Notes: generated by a model from the letters alone, not told the origin. Shown: positions 9,048 to 18,986, counted from the first letter of the stretch. The stretch is DNA of 64,000 nt from Papillibacter sp. (GCA_012838125.1 DUPW01000044.1:3715-67714), one strand, 5' to 3'. Made by a program: numbers and translations.

Positions 9048-11837
9048 ATGCCTGTCGATTATAACGCCACCATCAACCTGCCGAAAACGGACTTTCCCAT
9101 GCGCGCCGGCCTGCCCAAGCGGGAGCCGGAGATGCTTCGCGCCTTTTACGAAAAGGATATTTACGGCAAACTCATGAAAAAGGGGGAAGGGAAGCCCCTT
9201 TTCATCCTGCATGACGGACCGCCCTTCTCCAACGGTGACATTCACCTGGGGCACGCCGTCAACAAAATCTTAAAGGACTACATCGTCCGCTATAAGAACA
9301 TGACAGGCTACCGCTCACCCTACATTCCCGGGTGGGATAACCACGGCATGCCCATTGAGAGCGCCATCATCAAGAAAAACAAGCTCGACCGCAAAAACAT
9401 GACCATTTCCGAGTTCCGGGATGCCTGCCGCGACTTCGCCGCTGACTTCGTATCCCGCCAGCGGGAGCAGTTTAAGCGCCTCGGCGTCATCGGTGACTGG
9501 GACAAGCCCTACCTCACTATGGACCCGAAGTTTGAAGCGGAGGAAGTGCGCGTCTTCGGGAAGATGTATGAGGCGGGGTATATCTACAAGGGCTTCAAGC
9601 CCGTGTACTGGTGCCCCTCGGACGAGACGGCTCTGGCCGAAGCGGAAATCGAGTATGCGGACGACCCCTGCACGGCTATTTACGTGAAATTCCCCGTGGA
9701 GGACGATAAGGGCTTGCTGGCCGGCATCGCCCCCGTTGACAAGACCTACTTCGTTATCTGGACCACGACCACGTGGACCCTCCCCGGTAACCTCGCCATC
9801 TCCCTCGGCCCCGATTTTGAGTACAGCGTCGTTGGCGTTGGAGACGAAAACTACATCGTAGCCACGGAGCTGGTGGAGTCCGTCATGAAGGCGGCGAAGA
9901 TTGAAAGCTGGGAGATTCGCGGAAAGCTCCGCGGCGCCGACATGGAGTACATGGTGGCCCGCCATCCCTTCTACGACCGCACCTCCCTCGTCATCGTGGG
10001 GGACCACGTCACGCTGGATATCGGCACCGGATGTGTCCACACGGCCCCCGGCTTCGGCGTGGACGACTTCAACGTCTGCCGCAAATATCCGGAGATTCCC
10101 TTCGTCGCCCCCGTAAACGACAGGGGTATCATGACGGAGGAAGCCCTGCAGTACAAAGGCCTGCACTACTCTAAGGCCAACAAGGCCATTTATGACGACT
10201 TAAAGGAAAGCGGCCTGCTCTTTGCCGCCGACGAAATCGTCCACTCCTATCCCCACTGCTGGCGCTGCAAAAACCCGATTATCTTCCGGGCGACGGAGCA
10301 GTGGTTTGCCTCCGTGGACGCCATTAAAGACAAAGCCGTCGCCTCCTGCGACGATATCCGCTGGAACCCCGAATGGGGCAAAGAGCGCATGATTGCCATG
10401 ATTCGCGAGCGAAGCGACTGGTGCATCTCCCGCCAGCGCCACTGGGGCCTGCCGATTCCCGTCTTCTACTGCGAGGAATGTGAAAAGCCCGTCTGCACGC
10501 CGGAGACCATTGACGTGGTGGCAAACCTCTTTGCCCAGCACGGCTCCAACGTGTGGTATGAAAAGGAGGCCGCGGAGATTCTCCCCGAGGGCTTTGCCTG
10601 CCCCCACTGCGGCGGCAAGACCTTTACGAAGGAGACGGACACCCTAGACGGCTGGTTCGACTCCGGCTCCACCCACGCCGCCGTTTTAGACCAGTTCGAG
10701 GGCCTGACCTCCCCGGCGGACATTTACCTCGAAGGCGGTGACCAGTACCGCGGCTGGTTCCAGTCCTCCATGCTCACAAGCATCGCCACTAAGGGCGTGG
10801 CGCCGTATCGGCAGATTATCACCCACGGCTGGACGGTGGACGGCGAGGGCAAGGCCATGCACAAGTCCGTGGGCAACGTGGTGGCGCCGAACGAGATTAT
10901 CAAAGACTACGGTGCGGACATCCTGCGCCTGTGGGTGGCCTCCACGGATTACCGCAACGATATGCGCATGTCCAAGGACATCTTAAAGCAGCTGTCCGAC
11001 ATTTACCTGAAGATTCGCAACACCGCCCGGTATATCCTCGGCAACTTAAACGGCTTTAATCCCGACGAGGTTCTGCCCTTTGAGGAGATGGAGGAGCTGG
11101 ATAAGTGGGCCGTGGCGGAGTTTAACAAGCTGGTCGCCCGCGTGCGCAGCGCCTACGACCGCTACGAATACCACGCCATTTACCACGGTGTCCACAATTT
11201 CTGTGCGGTGGAGATGTCCAGCTTCTATTTAGACGTTATCAAAGACCGCCTCTACTGCGACGGGACCGCCAGCCGCTCCCGCCGCAGCGCCCAGTCGGCC
11301 ATCTTCACGATATTAGACGGGCTCGTGCGCCTTCTGGCCCCCATCCTCGCCTTTACGGCGGAGGAGATTTGGGCGGCCATGCCCCACCGCACGGGGGACG
11401 ACACGGAAAGCGTGCTCTTTAACGACATGCCCGACTTTAACCCCGCCCTCGTCCTGGCGCCGGAGCGGGAGGCGAAATGGGAGACGCTCCTCGCCCTGCG
11501 CGCCGACGTCAACAAGGCGCTGGAACTGGCCCGGGCTGAAAAAGTCGTCGGCAAGCCCCTGGACGCGGAAGTGACGATTTACCTCGACGAGGAGGGGGCG
11601 AAGGCCTTCGAGGCCATCAAGGACGAAAACCTTAGCCAGCTGTTTATCGTGTCGAAAGTCACGGTGACACAGGGCGCCGGCACCGGATACGCCGCTCAGG
11701 AGTATAAGGGCGCCGTGATTGACGTAGCGGCGAGCTCCGCTCCCAAATGCGTCCGCTGCTGGGTGCACGACGAGCAGGTGGGCGAAAACGCCGAACACCC
11801 CGAACTGTGCCCGCGGTGCGCCAGCGCGATTTCCTAA
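9048..11837 (+). CDS. ileS: isoleucyl-tRNA synthetase
   Basis: HIGH (PPFSNGDIHLGH), KMSKS-like (KMHKSVGN) and C-terminal Zn-finger cysteines. Start set at ATG 9048 after an AGGAGA RBS. Confidence 0.97.
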   Translation: MPVDYNATINLPKTDFPMRAGLPKREPEMLRAFYEKDIYGKLMKKGEGKPLFILHDGPPFSNGDIHLGHAVNKILKDYIVRYKNMTGYRSPYIPGWDNHGMPIESAIIKKNKLDRKNMTISEFRDACRDFAADFVSRQREQFKRLGVIGDWDKPYLTMDPKFEAEEVRVFGKMYEAGYIYKGFKPVYWCPSDETALAEAEIEYADDPCTAIYVKFPVEDDKGLLAGIAPVDKTYFVIWTTTTWTLPGNLAISLGPDFEYSVVGVGDENYIVATELVESVMKAAKIESWEIRGKLRGADMEYMVARHPFYDRTSLVIVGDHVTLDIGTGCVHTAPGFGVDDFNVCRKYPEIPFVAPVNDRGIMTEEALQYKGLHYSKANKAIYDDLKESGLLFAADEIVHSYPHCWRCKNPIIFRATEQWFASVDAIKDKAVASCDDIRWNPEWGKERMIAMIRERSDWCISRQRHWGLPIPVFYCEECEKPVCTPETIDVVANLFAQHGSNVWYEKEAAEILPEGFACPHCGGKTFTKETDTLDGWFDSGSTHAAVLDQFEGLTSPADIYLEGGDQYRGWFQSSMLTSIATKGVAPYRQIITHGWTVDGEGKAMHKSVGNVVAPNEIIKDYGADILRLWVASTDYRNDMRMSKDILKQLSDIYLKIRNTARYILGNLNGFNPDEVLPFEEMEELDKWAVAEFNKLVARVRSAYDRYEYHAIYHGVHNFCAVEMSSFYLDVIKDRLYCDGTASRSRRSAQSAIFTILDGLVRLLAPILAFTAEEIWAAMPHRTGDDTESVLFNDMPDFNPALVLAPEREAKWETLLALRADVNKALELARAEKVVGKPLDAEVTIYLDEEGAKAFEAIKDENLSQLFIVSKVTVTQGAGTGYAAQEYKGAVIDVAASSAPKCVRCWVHDEQVGENAEHPELCPRCASAIS

Positions 11838-11850
11838 AGCAAAAAGCTGC

Positions 11851-11887
11851 GGGAGCCGCCCAAACCGCGGGCGGCTCCCTTTCTTTG
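11851..11887 (+). terminator. intrinsic terminator after ileS
   Basis: GGGAGCCGCC / GGCGGCTCCC 10-bp stem followed by TTTCTTTG. Confidence 0.7.
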
Positions 11888-11907
11888 ACCGGACTGGAGG
11901 ACTAAGA

Positions 11908-12624
11908 ATGCTTTACCTCATCATCGCCGCAGCCGCCATCCTGCTGGACCAGATCTCCAAGCACTATCTCACGCTCCTCGTAAAAGATGGTAGCGTCCGC
12001 CTCATTCCCGGCATCATCCGCCTTGTGTACGTTGAGAACACCGGGGCGGCCTTCAGTATGTTCTCGAGTATGCGGTGGGCTCTGGTTGCCACGTCCATCG
12101 TGGCCATCGCCGGGATACTGGCAATCCTCTTTCGCTTCAGCCGCCATTTCGGAAAGCCCGCCTGCTATGCCCTGTCCCTCGTTTTAGGCGGCGCGGTGGG
12201 AAACCTCATCGACCGGGTCCTGTTCGGGTACGTGGCGGACTTTTTCGAGTTTGAGTTCGTGCGCTTTGCGGTGTTTAACGTGGCGGACATTTTCATCACC
12301 GTGGGCGGCATCGCCTTTATCATCTTCTACCTGCTCCACCCAACGGGGGATGCGTCAAAGAAAAAGGCTACCGCCGGCGAGGCGCCTGACGCTGTGACGG
12401 TCACCGAGGGTCTGGCGCAGGAGACGATAGAGTCCCCCGAGGATGGGGCGGCTGAAAACAGGATAGCTTCTGAGAGCGGGGCACCGGAAAACATCGCGGT
12501 TTCTGAGAGCGGGGAGACGGAGAATCCTGCGCTCCCTAATAGCGATATGGCGGAAAATACCGCAGCCCCCGAACACGGGGCGCCGGATTTGCAGACGGAG
12601 CCGGATAACGATGCCGAAGATTGA
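11908..12624 (+). CDS. lspA: lipoprotein signal peptidase II with about 90-aa acidic low-complexity C-terminal tail
   Basis: VENTGAAFSMF, GGAVGNLIDR, FNVADIFITVG motifs. The tail is rich in E/S/G/A/P/N repeats. Confidence 0.9.
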   Translation: MLYLIIAAAAILLDQISKHYLTLLVKDGSVRLIPGIIRLVYVENTGAAFSMFSSMRWALVATSIVAIAGILAILFRFSRHFGKPACYALSLVLGGAVGNLIDRVLFGYVADFFEFEFVRFAVFNVADIFITVGGIAFIIFYLLHPTGDASKKKATAGEAPDAVTVTEGLAQETIESPEDGAAENRIASESGAPENIAVSESGETENPALPNSDMAENTAAPEHGAPDLQTEPDNDAED

Positions 12625-13522
12625 AGCGACGGAAACAGGCGCGCGCATCGATGTGCTTCTGGCGGCCCATCTTCCTGACATGAGCCGCAGCGCCGTTCAG
12701 CGCCTGATAGAAGGCGGGCATGTGCTGCTGGGGGGACGCCCCGTCCGGAAAAACCACAGGGTGACGGCAGGGGAAGTCTTCGACGTGACGCTGCCCGAAC
12801 CTGTCAAACTGGAGCTTTTGGCCCAGGCAATCGAGCTGGACGTGGTGTTTGAAGACACAGACGTCATCGTGGTGAACAAACCACGGGGCATGGTGGTGCA
12901 CCCTGCGCCGGGGCATCCGGACGAGACGCTGGTGAACGCCCTTCTCGCCCACTGCGGGGAGAGCCTCTCCGGCATCGGCGGGGAGATGCGCCCGGGGATT
13001 GTCCACCGCATCGACAAAGACACCTCGGGGCTTATCATCGCCGCGAAAAATGACTTTGCACACCGCAGCCTTTCCCGGCAGCTGAAAGACCGCTCCCTCT
13101 CCCGGGTGTACGAAGCCGTGGCCATCGGGCGCATCCGGGAGGATACAGGCACCATCTCCGCCCCCCTCGGCCGCCATCCCACGGACCGGAAGCGGCAGGC
13201 TGTTCTCAAACACGGCGGGCGGGAAGCGGTGACGCACTTTGAGGTCATCGCCCGCTATAACGGATACACCCACGTGCGCTGCCGCCTTGAGACGGGGCGA
13301 ACCCATCAAATCCGTGTACATCTTGCGCACATCGGCCACCCCCTGCTGGGGGACCTCGTCTACGGGCGCAAAAAGCCGGAAAAGGGCCTTGCGGGCCAAT
13401 GCCTGCACGCAAAGGAGCTTTCCTTTATCCACCCGCGGACGGAAAAAGCCATCCGCCTTGAGACGCCCCTCCCGCCTTACTTTACGGCGGTGCTGCGCAC
13501 CCTTGGAGAGCCGACAGATTAG
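12611..13522 (+). CDS. rluD: 23S rRNA pseudouridine synthase, RluA/RluD family
   Basis: S4 domain (RIDVLLA..SRSAVQRLI) plus catalytic HRIDKDTSGL and THQIRVHL. Overlaps lspA by 14 nt. Confidence 0.9.
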   Translation: MPKIEATETGARIDVLLAAHLPDMSRSAVQRLIEGGHVLLGGRPVRKNHRVTAGEVFDVTLPEPVKLELLAQAIELDVVFEDTDVIVVNKPRGMVVHPAPGHPDETLVNALLAHCGESLSGIGGEMRPGIVHRIDKDTSGLIIAAKNDFAHRSLSRQLKDRSLSRVYEAVAIGRIREDTGTISAPLGRHPTDRKRQAVLKHGGREAVTHFEVIARYNGYTHVRCRLETGRTHQIRVHLAHIGHPLLGDLVYGRKKPEKGLAGQCLHAKELSFIHPRTEKAIRLETPLPPYFTAVLRTLGEPTD

Positions 13523-13662
13523 GGGTCGGACAGGGCGCAAGTCTGCGATTTACCTGCTTGCAAAGACAGCGGGAATATCATAAAATATCTCTATTGAAAA
13601 TGGGGGGCCTTGGCCGGCCTCCTTCTTTACGAAAAGAGAGAAAACCGACTCTGGAGGGAGAT

Positions 13663-14862
13663 ATGTCAAAGCTGACGAAGAACCAGAAAGTGCTGATGTG
13701 GACCATCCTCATCGTGGCACTCGTTCAGATGCCCAATCTCGCGCTCAGCCCCGCCATCGACACGATTAAAACAACCGCCTTCCCGGACAAGGAACTTGCC
13801 GAAATCCAGACGGTTATGGCGCTGCAGAGCCTTGCGTCCCTGTCCATGTCTGTGATTGCGGCGCTTTTGATTAACAAGGGCATCATTTCAAAGAAGATTG
13901 CCGTTGCCTTCGGCCTTTTCGCCCTGTTTTTAACGGGCGTCTTCGCGGCGCTGTTTAACTCGGCCTACTGGAGCTTCGTGCTCATGAACATCCTTTTGGG
14001 CGTGGCCACAGGCTTTTACATGACGAACAACTTCGGCCTCCTCTTTGACAACTTCGACGAAGAGCCCCGTCAAGCCATTACAGGCTATCAGACGTCTTTC
14101 ATTAACGGCGGCGGCATCCTGCTGGGCATCGCCGGCGGCCTTGCCGCGGCGCGCTTCTGGTACGGCGGCTATCTCATTTTCCTCGTGGGCCTGCCGATTA
14201 TGATTTTAGTCCTCTTGACTGTTCCGGGCAAAAAGACGCCGGCCCGCAAAACGGCACCCGGGGAAAAGCGGGCGCCCATTAACCCCGGCGTGTTCTACTA
14301 CGCCGCCATCGTTCTGGTGTTCATGGCCGTCTACAACGTCTGCGGCACGAATATCTCCACCCACATCTCCACTTACCTGCAAAACAAGGGCGGATCGGCC
14401 GTTTCGGGCGTGGCCGCCGCACTGCAGATGGGCGGCGGAGCCTTCGCCGGCATCTTCTTCGGAAAACTCTCGGCGAAGCTGAAGGATAAAATCATGGTGC
14501 TGGCGTGCCTATCGATTTTCGTGGGCTTTATGCTCCTCGCCCTTTTCCCGCACTCACTGATTATGATACTTCTCGGGGCGTTCATCGCCGGCATGTCCAT
14601 GAGCATGATGCTCCCGCACTGCACCTTCCGCGTCTCCCAGCTTGTGGATGAGACCACCTCCGCCACGGGCACAGTTATCGCCACCTCCGTGGCGCCGAGC
14701 TTTGGCGTGTTCATCTCCCCCGTTATCTTTACGAACCTCACCCAGGCGATTTCCCCCGATTCGACGGTTTTCCGCTATGCGTTCGTCGGCGCACTCACCC
14801 TCGTGTTCGGCGCCGTCCTTTACGGGCTCACAGTGTACCGCGAGAAGAAAGGGCGCGCGTAA
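13663..14862 (+). CDS. MFS-type transporter (12-TM-like), paralog 1
   Basis: Hydrophobic throughout. Start trimmed to MSKLTKNQ after a GGAGGGAG RBS. Shares CGTNISTH and FTNLT..VFR(Y/F)AFVG blocks with the next gene. Confidence 0.8.
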   Translation: MSKLTKNQKVLMWTILIVALVQMPNLALSPAIDTIKTTAFPDKELAEIQTVMALQSLASLSMSVIAALLINKGIISKKIAVAFGLFALFLTGVFAALFNSAYWSFVLMNILLGVATGFYMTNNFGLLFDNFDEEPRQAITGYQTSFINGGGILLGIAGGLAAARFWYGGYLIFLVGLPIMILVLLTVPGKKTPARKTAPGEKRAPINPGVFYYAAIVLVFMAVYNVCGTNISTHISTYLQNKGGSAVSGVAAALQMGGGAFAGIFFGKLSAKLKDKIMVLACLSIFVGFMLLALFPHSLIMILLGAFIAGMSMSMMLPHCTFRVSQLVDETTSATGTVIATSVAPSFGVFISPVIFTNLTQAISPDSTVFRYAFVGALTLVFGAVLYGLTVYREKKGRA

Positions 14863-14954
14863 AGTACGCGCGCGGCGGGTAATCCGGCTTTTGCCGAGTG
14901 CAAAGGGAGTCCGCCGCCCGACTCACGCAAAGCGCAGCAACAGGAGGAACATGA

Positions 14955-16166
14955 ATGACAAAAATGTCACCGGAAAAGCGGCGGTTTTTCTTCGCCGCCA
15001 TGGTCATCTCCATGCTCCAGATGGCCATGTTCGCCCCCACGCCGGGGATCCAGAAAATCAGCACAGAGCAGTTTACCGACAGAAGCCTTGCCGATATTCA
15101 GGCGGCCATGATGCTGCCGAGTATCGTCTCACTTATTGCGTCCATCGTCTCGTCCTTTCTCATCTCCCGCCGGATTCTCTCGAAAAAGGCGTGCGTCGTC
15201 ATCGGAACGGGCCTCATTGGGCTGACGGGCGTCGTCGTCTTTTTCCTGCACGACAGTTTCTGGCAGCTCCAGCTCTTTAGCATCCTCATCGGCGCTGGCA
15301 TGGGCTTTCTGGTGGCGCCTTTGTCGAGCATTATTTTCGACCAGTTTAACGAAGAAGAGCGGCGCATGAGCATGGGCACCCAGTCAGCCTTTATTAACGG
15401 CGGCGCCATCATCCTCAGCGTCGGCGGCGGCCTGTTGGCCCAAACCGTCTGGTATGGCGGCTATATGATGATGCTTCTGGCCGTTCCCCTCGTGTTCGTG
15501 GCGCTCAAATACATCCCGCGGGACATCACGGCAGAGCCCGACCCTGCGGGTACCCCGAAGAAAAAGTGGCACATTCCGGCGGCGGTGTTCTTCTACGGCG
15601 TTGTCTCCATGCTCAACGCCCTGATTAACAACGTCTGCGGCACGAACATCTCCACCCACCTCGACAACGCCAGCCTCGGCAACACCGCCACCGCCGGCGT
15701 CGCCACCGCGATTCAGATGGCGGGGGGCGTGGTGATGGGCCTGTTCTTCAACCGCATTTCCGCGAAACTGAAAGACTTTGCCATACCTCTGGCGTTTGTG
15801 CTGTACGCCGTGGGCTTTATTCTCATCAGCGTGGGTACCTTCTCCCTCGTAGTGGTGCTCCTCGGCGTATTTTTTGCCGGCATGGCCATGAGCCTTCTCG
15901 TTCCGCAGGTGCTCTTTGGCACGTCCAACTGCGTGAGCGTGGAAAACTCCGCCGTGGCAACGGCCCTTGTCAATTCCGTCATGCCCGGCATCGGGGGGTA
16001 TCTGTCCCCCATCGTATTTACTAACCTCACCGAGGCCATCCGCCCCGGCTCCACGGTATTCCGCTTTGCCTTCGTGGGGGGCGTGGCGCTTCTTGCGGCC
16101 GCCGCGGTGGCGTTTGTCGCCTATCTCCGCTTAAAGCGGGGCCGCGCCGGGCAGGCCGGTGTTTAA
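14955..16166 (+). CDS. MFS-type transporter, paralog 2 (tandem duplicate)
   Basis: Collinear similarity to 13663-14862 along the whole length. Confidence 0.8.
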   Translation: MTKMSPEKRRFFFAAMVISMLQMAMFAPTPGIQKISTEQFTDRSLADIQAAMMLPSIVSLIASIVSSFLISRRILSKKACVVIGTGLIGLTGVVVFFLHDSFWQLQLFSILIGAGMGFLVAPLSSIIFDQFNEEERRMSMGTQSAFINGGAIILSVGGGLLAQTVWYGGYMMMLLAVPLVFVALKYIPRDITAEPDPAGTPKKKWHIPAAVFFYGVVSMLNALINNVCGTNISTHLDNASLGNTATAGVATAIQMAGGVVMGLFFNRISAKLKDFAIPLAFVLYAVGFILISVGTFSLVVVLLGVFFAGMAMSLLVPQVLFGTSNCVSVENSAVATALVNSVMPGIGGYLSPIVFTNLTEAIRPGSTVFRFAFVGGVALLAAAAVAFVAYLRLKRGRAGQAGV

Positions 16167-16197
16167 ACCTATTGTGTAACGGAGAGAGCAAAGACAA

Positions 16198-16893
16198 ATG
16201 AGAATGCGCAAAAAACGAAACCTCATCCCGCGCATGGAGCGCTGCGCCGCACTTCTCGTTAAGGAGCCAGCCCTTCATCGCAGCCGGTGGCGCAGCGATT
16301 TTCCGGGATTTCAGGAGCTGCACCTTGAAATCGGGTGCGGGCGCGGGCGCTTTACCGTTGAAATCGCAAAGCAAAATCCCCACGTTTTCTTTATAGCCAT
16401 CGAGCGGGTGGCGGACGCCATGATTATCGGCCTTGAGCGGGCCATGGAGGAGGGGCTGACGAACATCCGCTTTATCACGCAGGATGCGTCAAACCTTCTT
16501 GAATTCTTCGGCGAGGGGGAGCTGGACCGCATTTACCTCAATTTCAGCGACCCGTGGCCCGGCAAGCGGCACGCAAAGCGGCGCCTGACCTCGGAGCGGT
16601 TTCTCCCTGTCTACAAAAAAATCCTCCGCCCGGGCGGGGCCATCCACTTTAAGACGGACAATAACGAGCTGTTTGAATACTCCCTCGGGACCTTTCAGGA
16701 GGCGGGCTTTGCCCTTTCGGAAATCACCCGCAACCTGCACGAGCGAGGCCCTGTGGGCGCCATGACGGACTACGAGATGAAATTTCACGCGCAGGGTGTT
16801 TCAATTAACCGCTGCGTGGCTACATTTATAGGTGAACGGGACGAAGCGGCGCCGGATGCGGGCGCCGAACAGACAGAAAAGGTCGATGAATGA
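16198..16893 (+). CDS. trmB: tRNA (guanine-N7)-methyltransferase TrmB
   Basis: LEIGCGRGRF SAM motif and LNFSDPWPGKRHAKRRL signature. Confidence 0.9.
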   Translation: MRMRKKRNLIPRMERCAALLVKEPALHRSRWRSDFPGFQELHLEIGCGRGRFTVEIAKQNPHVFFIAIERVADAMIIGLERAMEEGLTNIRFITQDASNLLEFFGEGELDRIYLNFSDPWPGKRHAKRRLTSERFLPVYKKILRPGGAIHFKTDNNELFEYSLGTFQEAGFALSEITRNLHERGPVGAMTDYEMKFHAQGVSINRCVATFIGERDEAAPDAGAEQTEKVDE

Positions 16894-18272
16894 TGCGGAA
16901 AATCAGGTTTCTTCTTGCACTCTGGCTTGGGAAATGTGCGCGGCTGGCTCTGCGCGCTCTCAGGCGCAACGCCACCTTTTTCCCCGGCGTTGTGGCACTG
17001 AAAATCTGCCCGGATTTTCTCGGGCAGGTGGACAAGCCGGAGAACATCATCGCCGTCACCGGTACAAACGGGAAGACGACGGTGTCTAACCTCATCGCAG
17101 ACGTGTTGACGGACCGGGGCCATCGCGTCCTGAGTAACCGTCTTGGCTCAAACGTGGCCGCCGGTATCGCCACGACGCTGCTTTACGGTAGCTCTCTCTT
17201 CGGCAAAACGCGGTATGAGACGGCGGTTCTGGAAATCGACGAGCGCTCATCCAAGCGCATTTACCCGTACTTAACGCCCAAGTGGCTTGTTGTGACGAAC
17301 CTGTTTCGCGACTCCGTCATGCGCAATGCCCATCCGGAGTACATCGCAAACTTCATTTCGCAGGCCATTCCGCGAAAGACGAAGCTGGTGCTCAATGCCG
17401 ATGACCTCATCTCCTCCCGCATCGCGCCGGAAAATGACCGCGTTTACTTCGCCGTGGACAGGATGGAGACGGACGTGGTGGAGTGCATTAACCTCATAAA
17501 CGACCTGCAAATCTGCCCGACGTGCAGCGGGGAGCTGCAGTACGACTACCGCCGCTATCACCACATCGGGCGCGCCCACTGCCGTGACTGCGACTTTAAG
17601 TCCCCCGAGGCGCATTACTTCGCCACAGACGTGGACACCACAGACATGACCATGACGGTGACGGACAAGCAGGGCGGCCGCGTCGTCTATCCCCTTCTCA
17701 GCGACAGTGTGTTTAACATCTACAACGTGGTCACCGTGGCGGCGGCTATGCGGGAGTTTGGGCTGACCCACGAGGAAATTTCGGAGAGCCTTGGGAAAAC
17801 GAAAATCGTGGAAACGCGGTTTAACGCGAGGCAGGCGGGGAACGTGCGGGTCGTGATGCAGATGTCGAAAGACAAAAACGCTCTGGCCGGCTCCCGGGCC
17901 TTCGACTACGTCAGCCAGCTGCCCGGGGAGAAGGAAATCATCCTCATGATGAACTGCCTTGCCGACCAGAAAAACTGGTCGGAGAACACCACGTGGCTCT
18001 ACGACTGCGACTTTGAATTTCTCGCCCGGGAGGGCATCTCCCGCATCGTGTGCACCGGCCCACGGGCTAAGGACTATTACCTGCGGCTGCTTCTTGCGGG
18101 GGTACCGGAAGAACGGCTGCGCTGCACCCTCTCGGAGCTGGACGCACCGGAGCTTTTAGAGTATCGCCCCGGAGAGAGCGTGTGCCTGTTTTACGGGACG
18201 GACGCCTTGGACCTCGTCTATAAAGTGCAGGCGAAGATTGTGGAATGCGCGGAGGAGGCGGCGGCGAGATGA
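16890..18272 (+). CDS. murT: MurT-like Mur-ligase family protein (lipid II isoglutaminyl synthase, ligase subunit type)
   Basis: P-loop AVTGTNGKTT, Cys4 ribbon CPTCSGELQYDYRRYHHIGRAHCRDC and a DUF1727-like C-terminus (WLYDCDFEFL). Confidence 0.85.
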   Translation: MMRKIRFLLALWLGKCARLALRALRRNATFFPGVVALKICPDFLGQVDKPENIIAVTGTNGKTTVSNLIADVLTDRGHRVLSNRLGSNVAAGIATTLLYGSSLFGKTRYETAVLEIDERSSKRIYPYLTPKWLVVTNLFRDSVMRNAHPEYIANFISQAIPRKTKLVLNADDLISSRIAPENDRVYFAVDRMETDVVECINLINDLQICPTCSGELQYDYRRYHHIGRAHCRDCDFKSPEAHYFATDVDTTDMTMTVTDKQGGRVVYPLLSDSVFNIYNVVTVAAAMREFGLTHEEISESLGKTKIVETRFNARQAGNVRVVMQMSKDKNALAGSRAFDYVSQLPGEKEIILMMNCLADQKNWSENTTWLYDCDFEFLAREGISRIVCTGPRAKDYYLRLLLAGVPEERLRCTLSELDAPELLEYRPGESVCLFYGTDALDLVYKVQAKIVECAEEAAAR

Positions 18273-18982
18273 CCATTGAAATTCTCTACCCCGAAGTGTG
18301 CAACCTCTACGGGGACCTTATGAACATCGAGTACCTGCGCCGTGCCGTGCCGGAAGCGGAGGTTGTGAAAACGTCTCTCAAGACCCGCCCGGCGTTTTTA
18401 GATCGGGACGTGAGCCTCGTGTACTTAAGCTCCATGACGGAGCGGGCGCAGATACTGGTAAGGGACGCCATGACGCCCCATCTTGATGCCCTCAAACAGA
18501 AAATCGAAGAGGGCCTGCCCATCCTCGCCACCGGAAACGCCATGGAGCTATTTATCCGTGAAATTCAGGACGAAGACGGGACAAAAACACCCATGCTGGG
18601 GCTTTTTGACCTGCAGGCAAAGCGTACCATGGAGCGGCGCTATAACGCCCTGTACCTCGGCAGATTTGAGGACATGGACATCTTAGGCTTCAAGAGCCAG
18701 TTTTCCCACGCGTATGGGGGCGAAGACGTGCCGGCGCTGTTTGAAACGGTGCGGGGCGCGGGGCGAAATCCCGGGGAGACACGAGAAGGAATCCGCTATA
18801 AGAACTTTATGGCGACGTATCTGTTAGGGCCCCTTCTTGTTCTGAACCCACCCTTTACGCGCCTTATGCTCCGGCTCATCGGTGCGGGGGACCGCCCCGT
18901 CCCCTTTGAGAAGGCCGCTATGGACGCATACACCCTGCGCCTTGACGAATTTAAGGACCCCAAACGCGGGTTTACCTACTGA
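18269..18982 (+). CDS. GatD/CobQ-type glutamine amidotransferase-like protein, apparently lacking the catalytic Cys and His
   Basis: ATGA overlap with murT. Collinear with GatD, but the elbow reads LPILATGNAMELF and the C-terminal motif reads ATYLLGPLL. The only Cys in the protein is residue 11. Confidence 0.75.
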   Translation: MTIEILYPEVCNLYGDLMNIEYLRRAVPEAEVVKTSLKTRPAFLDRDVSLVYLSSMTERAQILVRDAMTPHLDALKQKIEEGLPILATGNAMELFIREIQDEDGTKTPMLGLFDLQAKRTMERRYNALYLGRFEDMDILGFKSQFSHAYGGEDVPALFETVRGAGRNPGETREGIRYKNFMATYLLGPLLVLNPPFTRLMLRLIGAGDRPVPFEKAAMDAYTLRLDEFKDPKRGFTY

Positions 18983-18986
18983 TAAC

